DNA of 64,000 nt from Rhizophagus irregularis. Taxonomy: Eukaryota. Within the stretch, counting starts at the first letter, position 1. Every line of letters begins with the position of its first letter. This document shows positions 25,467-37,690 of the stretch, piece after piece. Made by a program: the position numbers and the translations under genes. The notes beneath the pieces are model-generated. The model was not told the DNA's origin, made no database searches, and worked only from the letters and a program-made list of their open reading frames with translations. The stretch is from positions 1,364,001-1,428,000 of the forward strand of contig NC_089433.1 in the NCBI RefSeq assembly GCF_026210795.1, read 5' to 3'.

Positions 25467-26700
25467 TTTCTAATAATTTTATATATATTTATTATTGTAT
25501 ATTATTTTATTTTTTTTTATTTTGAATAAATTTTTATATATATTACTATAAGTAGTCAAAATACGATTGTTTCACTTTTTTGTGTTCTTTCATCAAAATA
25601 TTATAATGATAAATAATGTAATCCATACACAACATGAGAAAAAAAGATTATACATTTTTAGTAATTAATTATAATTTGATTTTGAAAAAGAAAAAATTTT
25701 TCTTTTTTTGGAAATTCTTTGAGCTTTAATCCGGTTTGGTTGTAATCTTTTTAATGTACAAATGAATCATGAAAAACAAAGGTTTTAAATAATTTTTTTT
25801 TGTAAAATTTGTAAAAATTTTCAAATTTTTTTAATTTTTTTTTCAAATTTAACATAATTTATAACTCATTTGTTTTTCATTATTCAAAAAAAAAACTACT
25901 TGCAGTAATAATCTCTTATTATTAGTTTACAAAAAAGAAGCAGTGGAAGATATTATACTGCTCGTAGAATTATTTTAAAGATCGTGATATTTTAAAAGCA
26001 ATCAAGGTGATCAAAAATAATGTTCTAACTCAAAAACAAATGGTATGTAATATGTAATTATAGTTATTCTTTTAATTTATGATGTTTGCATTGTTTGACG
26101 TTTTAAGTTTAAAAACATTGCGTTATATTATTTATATTATGAACTTCCAAAAATCTTAACCGATTTTAACCGGTCAAAACAACTCTCTTTAACCGGTCGA
26201 TTCATTAATTTTTGGCCAGCATTAATACTTTTAACACTCGTTGAAGTGTAATTTTAATTAACCGATTAAATTTAATTCATATAATTTAATTATATATTAT
26301 CCGGATAATCTGATTTAAAATTGATTGGAAGATAAAATTAAATTAGCGTGGGAAAATACCTTAAGGGAAGTTAGAAACGACATTTTTGTTTGGGTCGTGT
26401 CAATTTGTGTCAAACAATTTAGGGGTATCCTTCCTTACAATGATATTTCTTTAATAATGCTATATGATTAAAGGAAAATGCATTTCTTCAAAAAATTTCA
26501 ACTTTTTAATGCTTCTCTTCAATTATAAAAAGGAACGAAATGACAAATCTACCGGTAAGGTTGACGCCTCAACTGTTTTTTTTAAATAGTTGCGAAATTA
26601 CGGTTATATATAAAACTTAAGAGTTGCGGTTGCTGTGATTAGTAGAGCCTAGTTGCGGCCACATCTCTACCAACCAGTAACGTAATATTAGTGTTTGAGC

Positions 26701-26957
26701 TATACATGCTGCCAAAATTATTTTGGCACTTTACAAAGTGAAATTCGATATAATGGAACCATCTGTTCCATTAGTAAAATTTGTTAAAAATCCGTTATAT
26801 CGAGGGTAAATTAATTATAGGTTATGATAATCTGTTCCAGACTCCGATCTTATGTTCCGTTATATCAAGGTTCCAGTATATCGAATTTCACTGTGTATAT
26901 TGTAAGTTACATACAAACCGATTATGGCATCTCAAAATAATTTCGGCCGCATGTATA
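26701..26957. mobile_element. hAT-like MITE
   Basis: TIRs TATACATGCTGCCAAAATTATTTTG / CAAAATAATTTCGGCCGCATGTATA; 8-bp flanks GTTTGAGC / GTTTGAGT (7/8). Confidence 0.7.
26734..26895. mobile_element. Short pogo-like MITE nested in the hAT-like element
   Basis: Inverted repeats CAAAGTGAAATTCGATATAATGGAACC / GGTTCCAGTATATCGAATTTCACTGTG, TA-flanked; internal CCGTTATATC motifs. Confidence 0.75.
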
Positions 26958-29113
26958 GTTTGAGTCTAAAACCTTGATGGAAGTGCAACAAAAATAATTT
27001 ACTAATTGAAATTTTTATTATACAGAATTTGATATTATTACTGCTAATAAATCTATTTATCAATATGCTAACAATTATGTATGCTCTCTTTTAATAAAAC
27101 TTCATGTCTTCATTGTTAAAATTTGAAATTTACTAATAAAAAAAAAATTGAATAAAATAAGGACATAACAAATTTCTGGTTCTCTATAGAAAATTTTATG
27201 AATGATCCGGCAACCCGGCTTTTAATTTTTTTTTTAATGAAATTTTCTCTGGCCGGATTTGAGAACCAATTATATTATTTTGTGTCGCCTTATAGTAAAA
27301 ATTACAAGTAAAATCAAAAAAAAAATTTTAAAAGATTAAATTAATAACAAATTATTTAACATATTAAAAATAATATACTTTCGCTGCGCATTATGTTGAT
27401 AATTATTTATATCCACATTTCACATTTTAATAGCATAAAACAAATATGACCCTCATTAATAAAGATTTTATGATACTGTATATCTGATATAGTTTTGTTG
27501 ATTTTATTAATCCATATTTTATTCTGCTTTGGATGTTTTATGATTGCATAATTGAGGAATAAGTTAATTAACCGGTTAAAATTTAATTTTGACCAGCATT
27601 AAAAATTTGCTTAATTCTGGTCACTTGTTGAAATGTAATGCAAATCATTCAAATGATTAATTGCGGTGTAGACGATATATGGTTAATTTATTAACTGGTA
27701 TTTAGTGTAACTGTTGTGCAATATTTTTCGATGCCCATTTATTGACCAATTAATAAATTAACCATGTATATCGTCAAATTAATCTAACACAAAGTGCACA
27801 ATTTATTTTGAAAAAAAAAAAAAGTATTTAGTGTAACGGTAGTGCAATATAATTTTATTCTAAAAAATTTTTTTTTTTGACTTATTTATCGTATGACATA
27901 ATAATTTAATTAATTAATTATATTATTATATTATATAATTAGATTACGTCAACTTAATATATATGCTGTATAATTTTATTCCAATTAAATAATTTCTGGA
28001 TCGTAAAACAATCGGTTGGATCCGATAGATTGTTGACTGTTGAGTCCAAAAATTAAATAATAAACAAAATTATTTTTTTTTCTTCTAAAAATAATAAGAA
28101 TATATAAAATGATTGGTTTTCTTAAAAATATCACACTAAAAAGAAAAATGTGATAAACATACTGAAGGCTATTAAGAAGGTTTTTGATTTATAATTCAAT
28201 TTTAGAATCAATTTAATCATTTTGGTAATCATATAAATACGGATGTAACCTGTTTTGTTATCATGATAATATGGATCATTTACAAATATCCGAGTTTCGG
28301 CCATTCGATAAAAAAAAATGTATCTATATATGGAGGTTACGCACCCCTTATCTTTTAAGAGGCGATATAAAATAAAATAAAATATAATAAAATAATTTGG
28401 CGTTTGAGGAAATTTTTGGATAACAATAAAAAGTTGATTACATACTTTGTACCATTGAGAGGAAATAGAGGAAATATGCCATTAATCAATCACACACTTT
28501 TAACAATGTTTACATACCGTAACTTAACCGGCGGTATATCAAGGAAAAGAGATTACATACATTTATAGCATTTGAAATACCAACGAAACTTATATTCGTG
28601 TAAACTTAATCCGGTTTTAGATAATTTATAAATATTTGATCAATCACATCTATAAGGTAACTATCAAAAGAGCCTGCATATAAAGCATTTGAAGTAAGAA
28701 CGAAACTTATATCATTTGTCCATTTTTAGATAATTTAAAATATTTGAACCCCCGAATAATTATCATATTTTTTAAAATAGAATAATAAAATTTCGAGTTG
28801 TACTAAAAAATTTTTTAACAATCAGAAGAAAATAAATAATTCCAAAATTCCAAGAATCTAATATAATTTGCAATAACCCCAACTTTAAAATCATAAAATA
28901 AATAAAAATTGAACTTAAAAAAAAAACTTATTTCTCTATTATTTTTTCTCAATGTACTCCCTTCATCCCCCTTTTTTTGCTATAAATGTATAAAGTATGC
29001 AACTTAGCCCATTTGTCATATAAGTTTATAGACTTTTTTATGTACTGATTACATTACAAATATATATATAATTATATATTTTTTTTTTGAGTAACAAAAA
29101 AAAATCGATATCA

Positions 29114-29148
<35 letters not shown>

Positions 29149-29895
29149 TATTTGAATATTTTATGTACTGTAAATGAAAAAAATGATAAATGAAAAAAAT
29201 AAAAAATAATTTTAATCTCTTCATTAATTGATTTTAAAATATGGACATGTTCATCGTTAGTAGTTGATTTACTTTTAATTTAATAAAAAATAAAAATAAA
29301 AATAAAAAAAAAGATAATAACATTAATAATAATAAATCTAATATTTGCTTTTTTCTAAATAATAGATTTATGCCAATAAATTGTCGAAATGACAATAAAT
29401 TTAAGTGGACGAGCGACTGGATCGTACGAGGTTACCAACGTTTTACATTTTGGAAACTTCCAACATCTAACGCTAAGTCTTACAGTCTTACTTTACTATT
29501 CGCAGACGTCGAAATAAAACGGCGACGAGTTACACGTAAATGGGACTGCGGATTTTATATATAGACAATCAATCATTTTATTTTTGTTAAGTGTATTCAA
29601 TGAAAATCTTCCTTCATGTAATTAATTATTTAATCTTTAATTAGTTAATTTACTAATTCATACATATTGTATTATTTCATCTTCATATTGGAAATACTGT
29701 ACATGCAAATTTGAAGATAGAGCGAAGATCTCAAACTCAGGATTCGATAAAATTTTTGGTATTCATTTACAAGGTGAATATTATATTCTAAGATGATCTA
29801 AATCTTAAAAAAGAAGGGACCCAAAATGCTACCGAATTAGATCTAAAGAAGAAATTATTTAATATTGTAGAATGTAGATATTATTTATAATTGAG

Positions 29896-30268
29896 ATCAA
29901 CTCTTATATTCTTATTTTATTCTTCAAAGGTGAAATCTGGACTAACTTTGTGTAGAATGACTACTAGAGGTATAAATACATAGTAAAGAAAAACTAACTA
30001 AAGTAAGTTAACAGACGCGTTCCCCGTGTAAAAGGATCACCCTTCGTTTAAGGAAAAGGAAAACGAAAAAGCTAAACACAGTGAAACTACGCCGCTGCTA
30101 ACTCATAAACAATTTTTCATTTTTATTATTTTTATTTATCCTATCAACTCTTATATTCTTTTTATTTTTATTTTTAAATTTCCACGTGAACAAAGCTACG
30201 GTAAAAATTACATGGGCTAACTATTCGCCTTTTCGATAGCGTCACCTGGGTATCAACTCTTATATTCT
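29896..30268. repeat. Three exact copies of a 17-mer separated by two unrelated inserts
   Basis: ATCAACTCTTATATTCT at 29896, 30143 and 30252; both inserts begin with T-rich tracts. Confidence 0.85.
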
Positions 30269-32267
30269 AAATATCATTTAAAAATCCCGTGATTGGTTAA
30301 TATTGACTTTTGATTGGACAGAAATAAATCATGTGATTAATACTTCTGAAAATTAATATTTTTATTTTAAGACTTTTTTGATATTGACTAGAATTAAGCT
30401 TATATTCCAGCCAAAATTATAATGACTGACCAGAATTATATGTTTCAAATCTGAAAATTAATTAAATTACGTTTAAATATTTTAAATACTGTATATATGC
30501 ACTCAAAAAATTTTTATTAAATTTTTAATTTATTTGATGAATTGTTGTGTTCCAAACTGATTGCTGAAGAAAATGTAAGAGCTTTAACTAATCTCATTTA
30601 ATAATAATCTCAAGTACGTGATATAATTATTGACATGCGGCTAAATATTTTTAAATTCCGAAAATAAAGTTAACCAGTTAAATCATCGCGTTGCACAAGT
30701 TTTGACTGCAGCATTCATTTATAAATCATTATGTGCCTTTTCGTGAGAAAAAGTGTCATACTTTGCCTTTTATGATTTGAATAAAATTTTTTAAGTTTTA
30801 TCATACATACAGTATGTTCAACATATGCATAAATATTTCATAGCATATTTATTTTGAATGATTTATTCATGTCCATTGTTCCAAGTAATTTTTTTTTAAG
30901 TTTGAATTAGGAAATTCCGTTGAACAAACAAATATGATACAGGATCGCTGATTGTCGGCCTATTTTCTAAATCTTTTTTTCATGAGTAGAACGCCCCATG
31001 TCAAAGGAATCAACTGTGTAATATGAGAAAATTCACCTGTAAGTTGGAGCTCAAATCAGGAGAACTTTACTATGAGTTACGTTAATCTCAATATATAGTA
31101 TTTTGTAATTATCAGCCATTAAATAAACGTCTTTCTTTTAAATAATTAAATAAGGTATCTTATTATTTTGTTAAAACGTAAACAAAGACGATCTTTTGAC
31201 CGTTGTATTCGGTGCGTATACGGTATACCGCATTTTGAAAGGTGCTCTGATAAATTGTATACTAATACTACTAATACTGTATCACCCTCATACCTTTCAC
31301 ACGCTGGGGTCTTTTTTTATTTATTTTATTATTTTATACAATTTATTTATTTTATACATTTTATTTATTGTCATAATAAATTTTTGTCTTTAATTTAAAA
31401 CTAATTAATACAAATAAATAATATTCATTTACATCCATTAATATCCACATATGACTAAGTCTATATAAAACGAAAAATCTTTTCACAAATTATATCTATT
31501 TGCAGTATTTCATTTTATCACTACTCAATTAATCGTATTAATACTAGTATCCTCCCAATTTATACGCAATATATCCAAATATGATTAAATGAGTCTTTAA
31601 ATAATGAAACTTTGACGGATATAATATGATTTTATACATGTATTTGTTATTTGTTATTATACAATATATTATAGCATAAATAAATTAATAATTATTTCTG
31701 TATTTTTCGTATCATTTGAACAATATTTATGCATGAAGCAATATTCTGATCCGAAGGGTATTTCCCTTATTTATCCATTTATATCTTGTTTTAACTTGGG
31801 GGTTTTTTTTTTACTTCTTTACTCTTCTTCACGGAACTTGTCATGCATCCACTATCTCATCTATTATAACACAAGTTAACAAGTTATCAATTCATACTTA
31901 TTTTATCTAATGATTTACGCCAAGATAACGCGTTGTTCTTTTATTCTAAAATCTTTTAATACAATTCGTTGCTTATGTCATATATATTCCCCTTATGTGT
32001 TTGTATAATACTGCGAATTCTTAATTATATTATTGTAATACAAAGTAATCATATCGATATTATAATCTTGCAAATTAAACATTAAGATAATTTAAAATTT
32101 TCTCTTAATAATGATTTCCAAGTTAAAACGAAATTAATAAATTACAATTCGTGAAAAATATCATTTTTATTTCGAAACATTTTAACAACATTTTCTTTTT
32201 TTTTTATATTAAAATATCAGAACAAATAGAATTTTATCATAAGACGACAAAGAATTTCTTTGTAGCA

Positions 32268-32350
32268 TAGCCGTCAAAACCTGGTTTTAATAGCCGGCGA
32301 AGCCTGGTTTTAATAGCCGACAAAGCCCGGTTTTTATAGCCGGTAAAGCC
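32268..32350. repeat. 23-bp minisatellite (~3.6 units)
   Basis: TAGCCGTCAAAACCTGGTTTTAA / TAGCCGGCGAAGCCTGGTTTTAA / TAGCCGACAAAGCCCGGTTTTTA / TAGCCGGTAAAGCC. Confidence 0.9.
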
Positions 32351-34520
32351 ATTGGTTCCTGGTAGGCAATAACCTTAAACGAATTCCCTTATAATCAGTG
32401 TGTCTTACTGATTGGGTTCGTATCAAAGCTACTGACTCCCTGATAGGTAACTTGTTCGACGGACTGAACACGTTAACAAACGGTGATTCCTGCCAGGTTT
32501 AATATTTGAGTGACGCATAGACGGCCAATAAATTTTAATTTTCTTTTGAAATAATCGACCTCTTTTATATATTTATATTATACACGCAGTATATATATTT
32601 TACATATATATATATTTTTTACTATTTCTATTTCATCTTATTATTCATTTGTTGTTGTTTTTTTTTTTATTATTTTGTTATTATTATTTATTTATTTCAC
32701 TTTTTTAATTACTTTTTTTAATTATTTTATTAGATTTTTTCAAATGTATTATTATAAAGCAATTGCCAATCATGAACATGAATTTGTCCCATCTTCCCTT
32801 CTTCCGCCTCTCACACTTCCCACACTTCCCACACTTCTCTCTGTTCCCCCACTCTTCCGTACATACACAATCCGAAACTTAAAAATTTGTAATTGGATAT
32901 AAAAAAATCCACTTGCTCAAAAAAAAAAAAGAAAATTTTTCAAATTTGCCAAATAATTAATTAAAAGCCATTTGCGACCTCATCAAAAAAAAAATCTCAG
33001 CATTCAACAAATGTTAGGCCATTTGCGACGAAAGAAAATATTATCAATAAATTGATAGTAATGATGATAATGATAATTTTTTTACCTCCATTTTATTTAA
33101 ACATATCTAAAAACATATCTAAAAATTAATCATGTACTTATTTTTTTTTTATTAATAAAATTCATCTAAAAAAAAAAAATTGTAATTAATAAAATTTAAA
33201 GCTGGGCTGGCATTAAATTGGCCAGAGTTTAATCAAGTGCTAGGAAATTCTGAGTTAAAGGTTAACCGGTTCGGTAACCGGCGTTTCGGTAAAAAATAGT
33301 TCAATTTTTTGCACGAGCCCATTTACTGCAATTTCATTGGATCTCATATAAACCATAAGTGGTCATAAGTCTCCTTTTTTTCTCTTAAATTAATAATATA
33401 CTTTGTCGAAAACCGACCCTTATTCTACGAAAAAAAAAAATTGATATAATAGACATTCTTTCGAGCTTCCTCTGGTTAAACTCACGTATTTTTTTTTCTT
33501 TTTATTTTTATTTATTGACAGGATTGATAGGAGCTTTGGAAGTTTATGATGGTAAACCGGCTAATACTAAATATTTATTCCGGCCGGAATTAAAGTTAAC
33601 GCACTCGGTGCGATAAATTAATAATTATACACATATTAAAATTTTATGTGACAAACAGATAAACAGATCACCGGGCGTTTATATGTGGCTGTTTAGATGC
33701 AATACAAGGGAATGAGACTGCTATAAATGACAAAATTAAATGGGGACAACATCTCTTAATAATTTATTTTTATGGTTGGACTGAAACATCAGTTATTATT
33801 GTTACCTATTTTTAAACAATTGGATGTTGAACGAAAAACTGAATTGGTAGGATTTAATGAATATTTTTATCTAACGAAAATCTGTAACTCCATGATTCGT
33901 TAACTTACGAAAATAACGGAGTCATTATTTTTTACTTCTAAAAGCCATTTCTATAATAAAATGAAATGTTATCGGATCTTTTCTTACCATAAGCGGTTTG
34001 ATTGAAGCCTCCTTTTCACAAAGAAATTCTTATCAGAACAGATTATAAAGTTAAAAACAAGATTTTTCCCCCTATCGAAAATTTAATCTATATGCTTTTT
34101 GGAGGTTGTCTCCCTTGTCATACTAAAAAACATTGATATAATAGACACCCAATTCTTTTAATTATTCTGCAAGCTCTTCAAGAGTTTCCTCTGGTAAGAA
34201 AAGTATGAATTGTAATTTATATACTTTTAATAATTTTTTTGACTAACGTATTATTATTACAGGCTCGAGCCAGGGTACATTTATTACAACTTTAGCCCTA
34301 AACGCCTATGGTGTGTGGGTAGCCTTATAGAAGGAGATTAAAATCTTCGGTTTTATTCCTTCGAGGCAGCCGAATTCAACACGTAAGCCTCTATCACTCG
34401 TAAATTTTTTGAAATGTTAACAATTTGATGATGAATTATCGGTTTAATTTTTTGTTCATTTTGTTTTTTGTAGTAAACATAAAACGTTGTACACTACTAC
34501 CTGTACAATACTGCCTGTAC

Positions 34521-35043
34521 AACAACATACAATCAAGGATTAGAATTCTTTGTTGAAATTCATCCTTTGATATTCGCAGAATCTCGGTTCAACTATTAGG
34601 TCTCAGCAAAATGAGACCCAGACAGCCGAGTAATCTCAAGGGTAACGCTAGAAATTCTATAATTAAAAACTTTTTTTTCTGTTGCTTTCATAACAAACTT
34701 ATATTGTATTTATTATATTAGGTAACATTTACCTAGAAAGATTATTCCAGCAACATAAGTCAGTCCCTGTTAAACAACATACAATCGAGGATTAGAATTC
34801 TTTGTTGAAATTCATCCTTTGATATTCGCAGAATCTCGGATTCTTCTCATTCAACTATCAGGTCTCAACAAAATGAGACCCAGACAACTGAGTAATCTTA
34901 AAGGTAACGCTAGAAATTCTTTAATTAAAAACTTTTTTTTCCATTGTTTTCATAACAAACTTATATTGTATTTATTATATTAGGTAACATTTACCTAGTA
35001 AGATTCTTCCATGAAATCAGCAACCCAAATCAATCCCTGTTAA
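34521..35043. repeat. ~250-270-bp tandem duplication, each copy containing an intron-like GTAACG...TTAG segment
   Basis: AACAACATACAATC(A/G)AGGATTAGAATTCTTTGTTGAAATTC... starts at 34521 and ~34772 with high identity. Confidence 0.9.
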
Positions 35044-35969
35044 TTAAGGGACCTGTTTGATCATCTTGTAATTTCCTTAATATTAAAAGAAATTACGAGG
35101 ACTGGAAAGGAAAGAAAATTATTGAATATCTGAAAACATCTGAAAATAATGATTTCTGATGTTTAATGATTTCTGGTGAATTTTTTTTTATAATTTATAT
35201 AATTTTTTGTATTAAAGCGGTTTTATTTGGTTAAAATTAATAATGATTAATGAAAGCGCTTCTGAAGCAATGAAATAATAATTTTAGGACAAAAAAAGAA
35301 AGTATTTTTCCTAATAGATGGCAATGATAATACACTATAGGGAATAATTTTTTTTTTACCCTTATTTATTTATTTAATGTAATGTGTCCGTTTATTTATT
35401 TGTAAATTTTATGTACATAAAATTTTAAGATTTTATCAAATTATGCTTAAGATAATAAATTATTCAAAAATTAAATCAAAAATTTTTTTTTTGGAATGTT
35501 TTAACTAAAACCTAAAATTCCGGGATGGCATAAAATTATTTGAACAAGTTGCTGAGTAAATGATTGACATATTGACATGATCATGTGAATTTGCTCGTTG
35601 TGTCACTGTTTTGGAATTTATCATCAAAAAATTAATTTGTATGTTTTTGTCTTTTGGAGGCTTTTGGGGCTTTTAACCTGAACTTACCCACATAGAAAAA
35701 AAAAGATAATCAAAGTCGTACAGTACTTTTAATCCGCAAGCTCTCTTCGGCTGAAGTAGATTGGCTTAGTGAACGTTTTACTTCGTAAAAATGTGTCAAA
35801 TATTCGTGAGAACATTTTCATAATGCTTTAGGAGAAAGTTTCACGTAAATGACTATTTTTTCTTTACAGTATTTTGCAACTTAATATTCAAGTCTAAATT
35901 TGTATATTCTTTTGTAGTAAATACAATAATAAATGGAACGCGATTAAATAATACATTTATTTTATGGAC

Positions 35970-36134
35970 CTGTCGAATGGGAAAGTTCGCATTCGATTGC
36001 TGAATACTTGGGTACAAACTTGTCCCGTCATATTGCCGTCCATAGCCTTTCCACTCATTGTCCGCCCAGATGAGTCCTCCCATCATAGCATCACTTATCC
36101 ACTCTGCTTCTATCGGGTCAAGAGGATCATTGGC
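35970..36134 (-). pseudogene. Family-B DNA polymerase fragment (motif A), probably protein-primed/virus-like
   Basis: ANDPLDPIEAEWISDAMMGGLIWADNEWKGYGRQYDGTSLYPSIQQSNANFPIRQ: GG upstream of a YDxxSLYPS motif followed by FP; GC-richer island with no polymerase continuation either side. Confidence 0.75.
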
Positions 36135-36739
36135 GAACTACAATTAATTCTGTTCTAATATTCTATACTTTATTACGGACATTCCCGTTTTTATAACTAG
36201 TCTACTTCGTCACCTATTCTCGATTTATCATTACGGTCATAGAACTTTCTTTGGACTATATCAAATTAATACAATTGGATTTGGACATTTATCTAATTGG
36301 ATGTCATGATGTCCAATTAGAGTCTATATGTCCAAATGAGCGAATAGTTCATAGTTCATACATGTTAACATGTTGTATTATCAAAGCAAAGTTTGGATCC
36401 TGAGAATTCAAAAAATCAAAGAATTATACTTGTCTTCTCCCTTGAACCAAATTTAATATGTGAATATAATCCCCAATATGTTTTATAAAAATAGCAAGGT
36501 TTGTGAGAAATGACTGTTGCATCATAAATTAGATTAAGGGCGTGACAAACTAAAAAAAAAAAATAATATTGAATTTTTTGATTTTATTTCCATCTTTTTA
36601 GATTTCCTTGAAAAATTCTGAACCCGTTCACGATGATAATAACACGGATGAGCGGATATGAGCCCCATTTTTCCACAAAGTAATCGTGAAATTGGCTTAT
36701 CATTTTATTATATATATATATTGTATATTCTTCTAATCT

Positions 36740-37096
36740 TTCCGTAAACTCTTCTTTCTACAAGTTTCTCCTGGTAAGAAAAGGACAAAGTTATGCTGAT
36801 ACTTATTTGATTTTCGACTAACGCTTTTAACTTTTTTTTTTATCTTTTTATTTTATTTATATTCTACTTTGATCAGGCTAAAAATCAAATTGTAATGTAC
36901 ACTAAGTATTAACCTTGAGGGAATTATTATTGACTTTTATACTGTGGATATATTTTCTTTCCATAAACTCTTCTTCTGCAAGTTTCTCCTGGTAATGAAA
37001 AGGACAACGTTAATAAGTTAAACGATATAAACACATTTTTTATGAATCATTCAAGTTTCTAATTATTATTATTATTATCATATAATAGAAACCCTC

Positions 37097-37137
<41 letters not shown>

Positions 37138-37690
37138 TATCCTCTAATATTTCAAATAATGCAACAAGAGATCAAATTTCAAAATCATTCCTTGTTACAA
37201 ATCATCTTATAAATTTCTTGTGTGCATATTGCAGCAATAATTTACAGAAATTAGAATTTTCATTTACAATTAGTAATAATGAAGAATATTTTATTAATAT
37301 TATCAATCAATTAACTTTTAATAATAAACAAAGTTACATGCAATCCTCAAGCAAATAATATAGAGGAATCATTTAAACAAGTCTGGTTGTATTCTAATAT
37401 TAACTTTGATTTTTGACTAGTTTATTTTATTTATTTTTTTTTATTTTATTTTGATCATGTTCAAAACCAAATAGCAATAATACAAGTATTAACCTTGAAA
37501 GGGAATGGGAATTATTATAGATTTTAATATATTGTAGGATATATTTTCTTTCCATAAACTTTTCTTCTGCAAGTTACTTCTGGTAAGGAAAAGGACAAAG
37601 TTATTCTGATATTAACTTGATTGTTGACTGGTTTTATTTATTTAATTATTTTTTTTATTTTATTTTGATTGTACAAGTATTAACCGAATT
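36740..37690 (+). repeat. Degenerate direct repeats of a non-coding exon/intron-like module
   Basis: CTTTCC(G/A)TAAACT..CAAGTT..CTG|GTAA..AAAAGGACAA at ~36740, ~36957 and ~37548; AAGTATTAACC recurs at ~36904, 37484 and 37675. Confidence 0.8.
37103..37132. repeat. (TA)n microsatellite
   Basis: Uninterrupted TA run. Confidence 0.95.

Noticed and set aside
29896..30268. CRISPR-like repeat-spacer arrangement
   Set aside because: Only three 17-bp repeats, unequal long spacers, eukaryotic context and no cas genes; target-site duplication explains it better.
32480..32505. Minus-strand ACCTGGCAGG resembling the U1 snRNA 5' region
   Set aside because: Lacks the ATACTT start and the U1-70K and U1A loop motifs.
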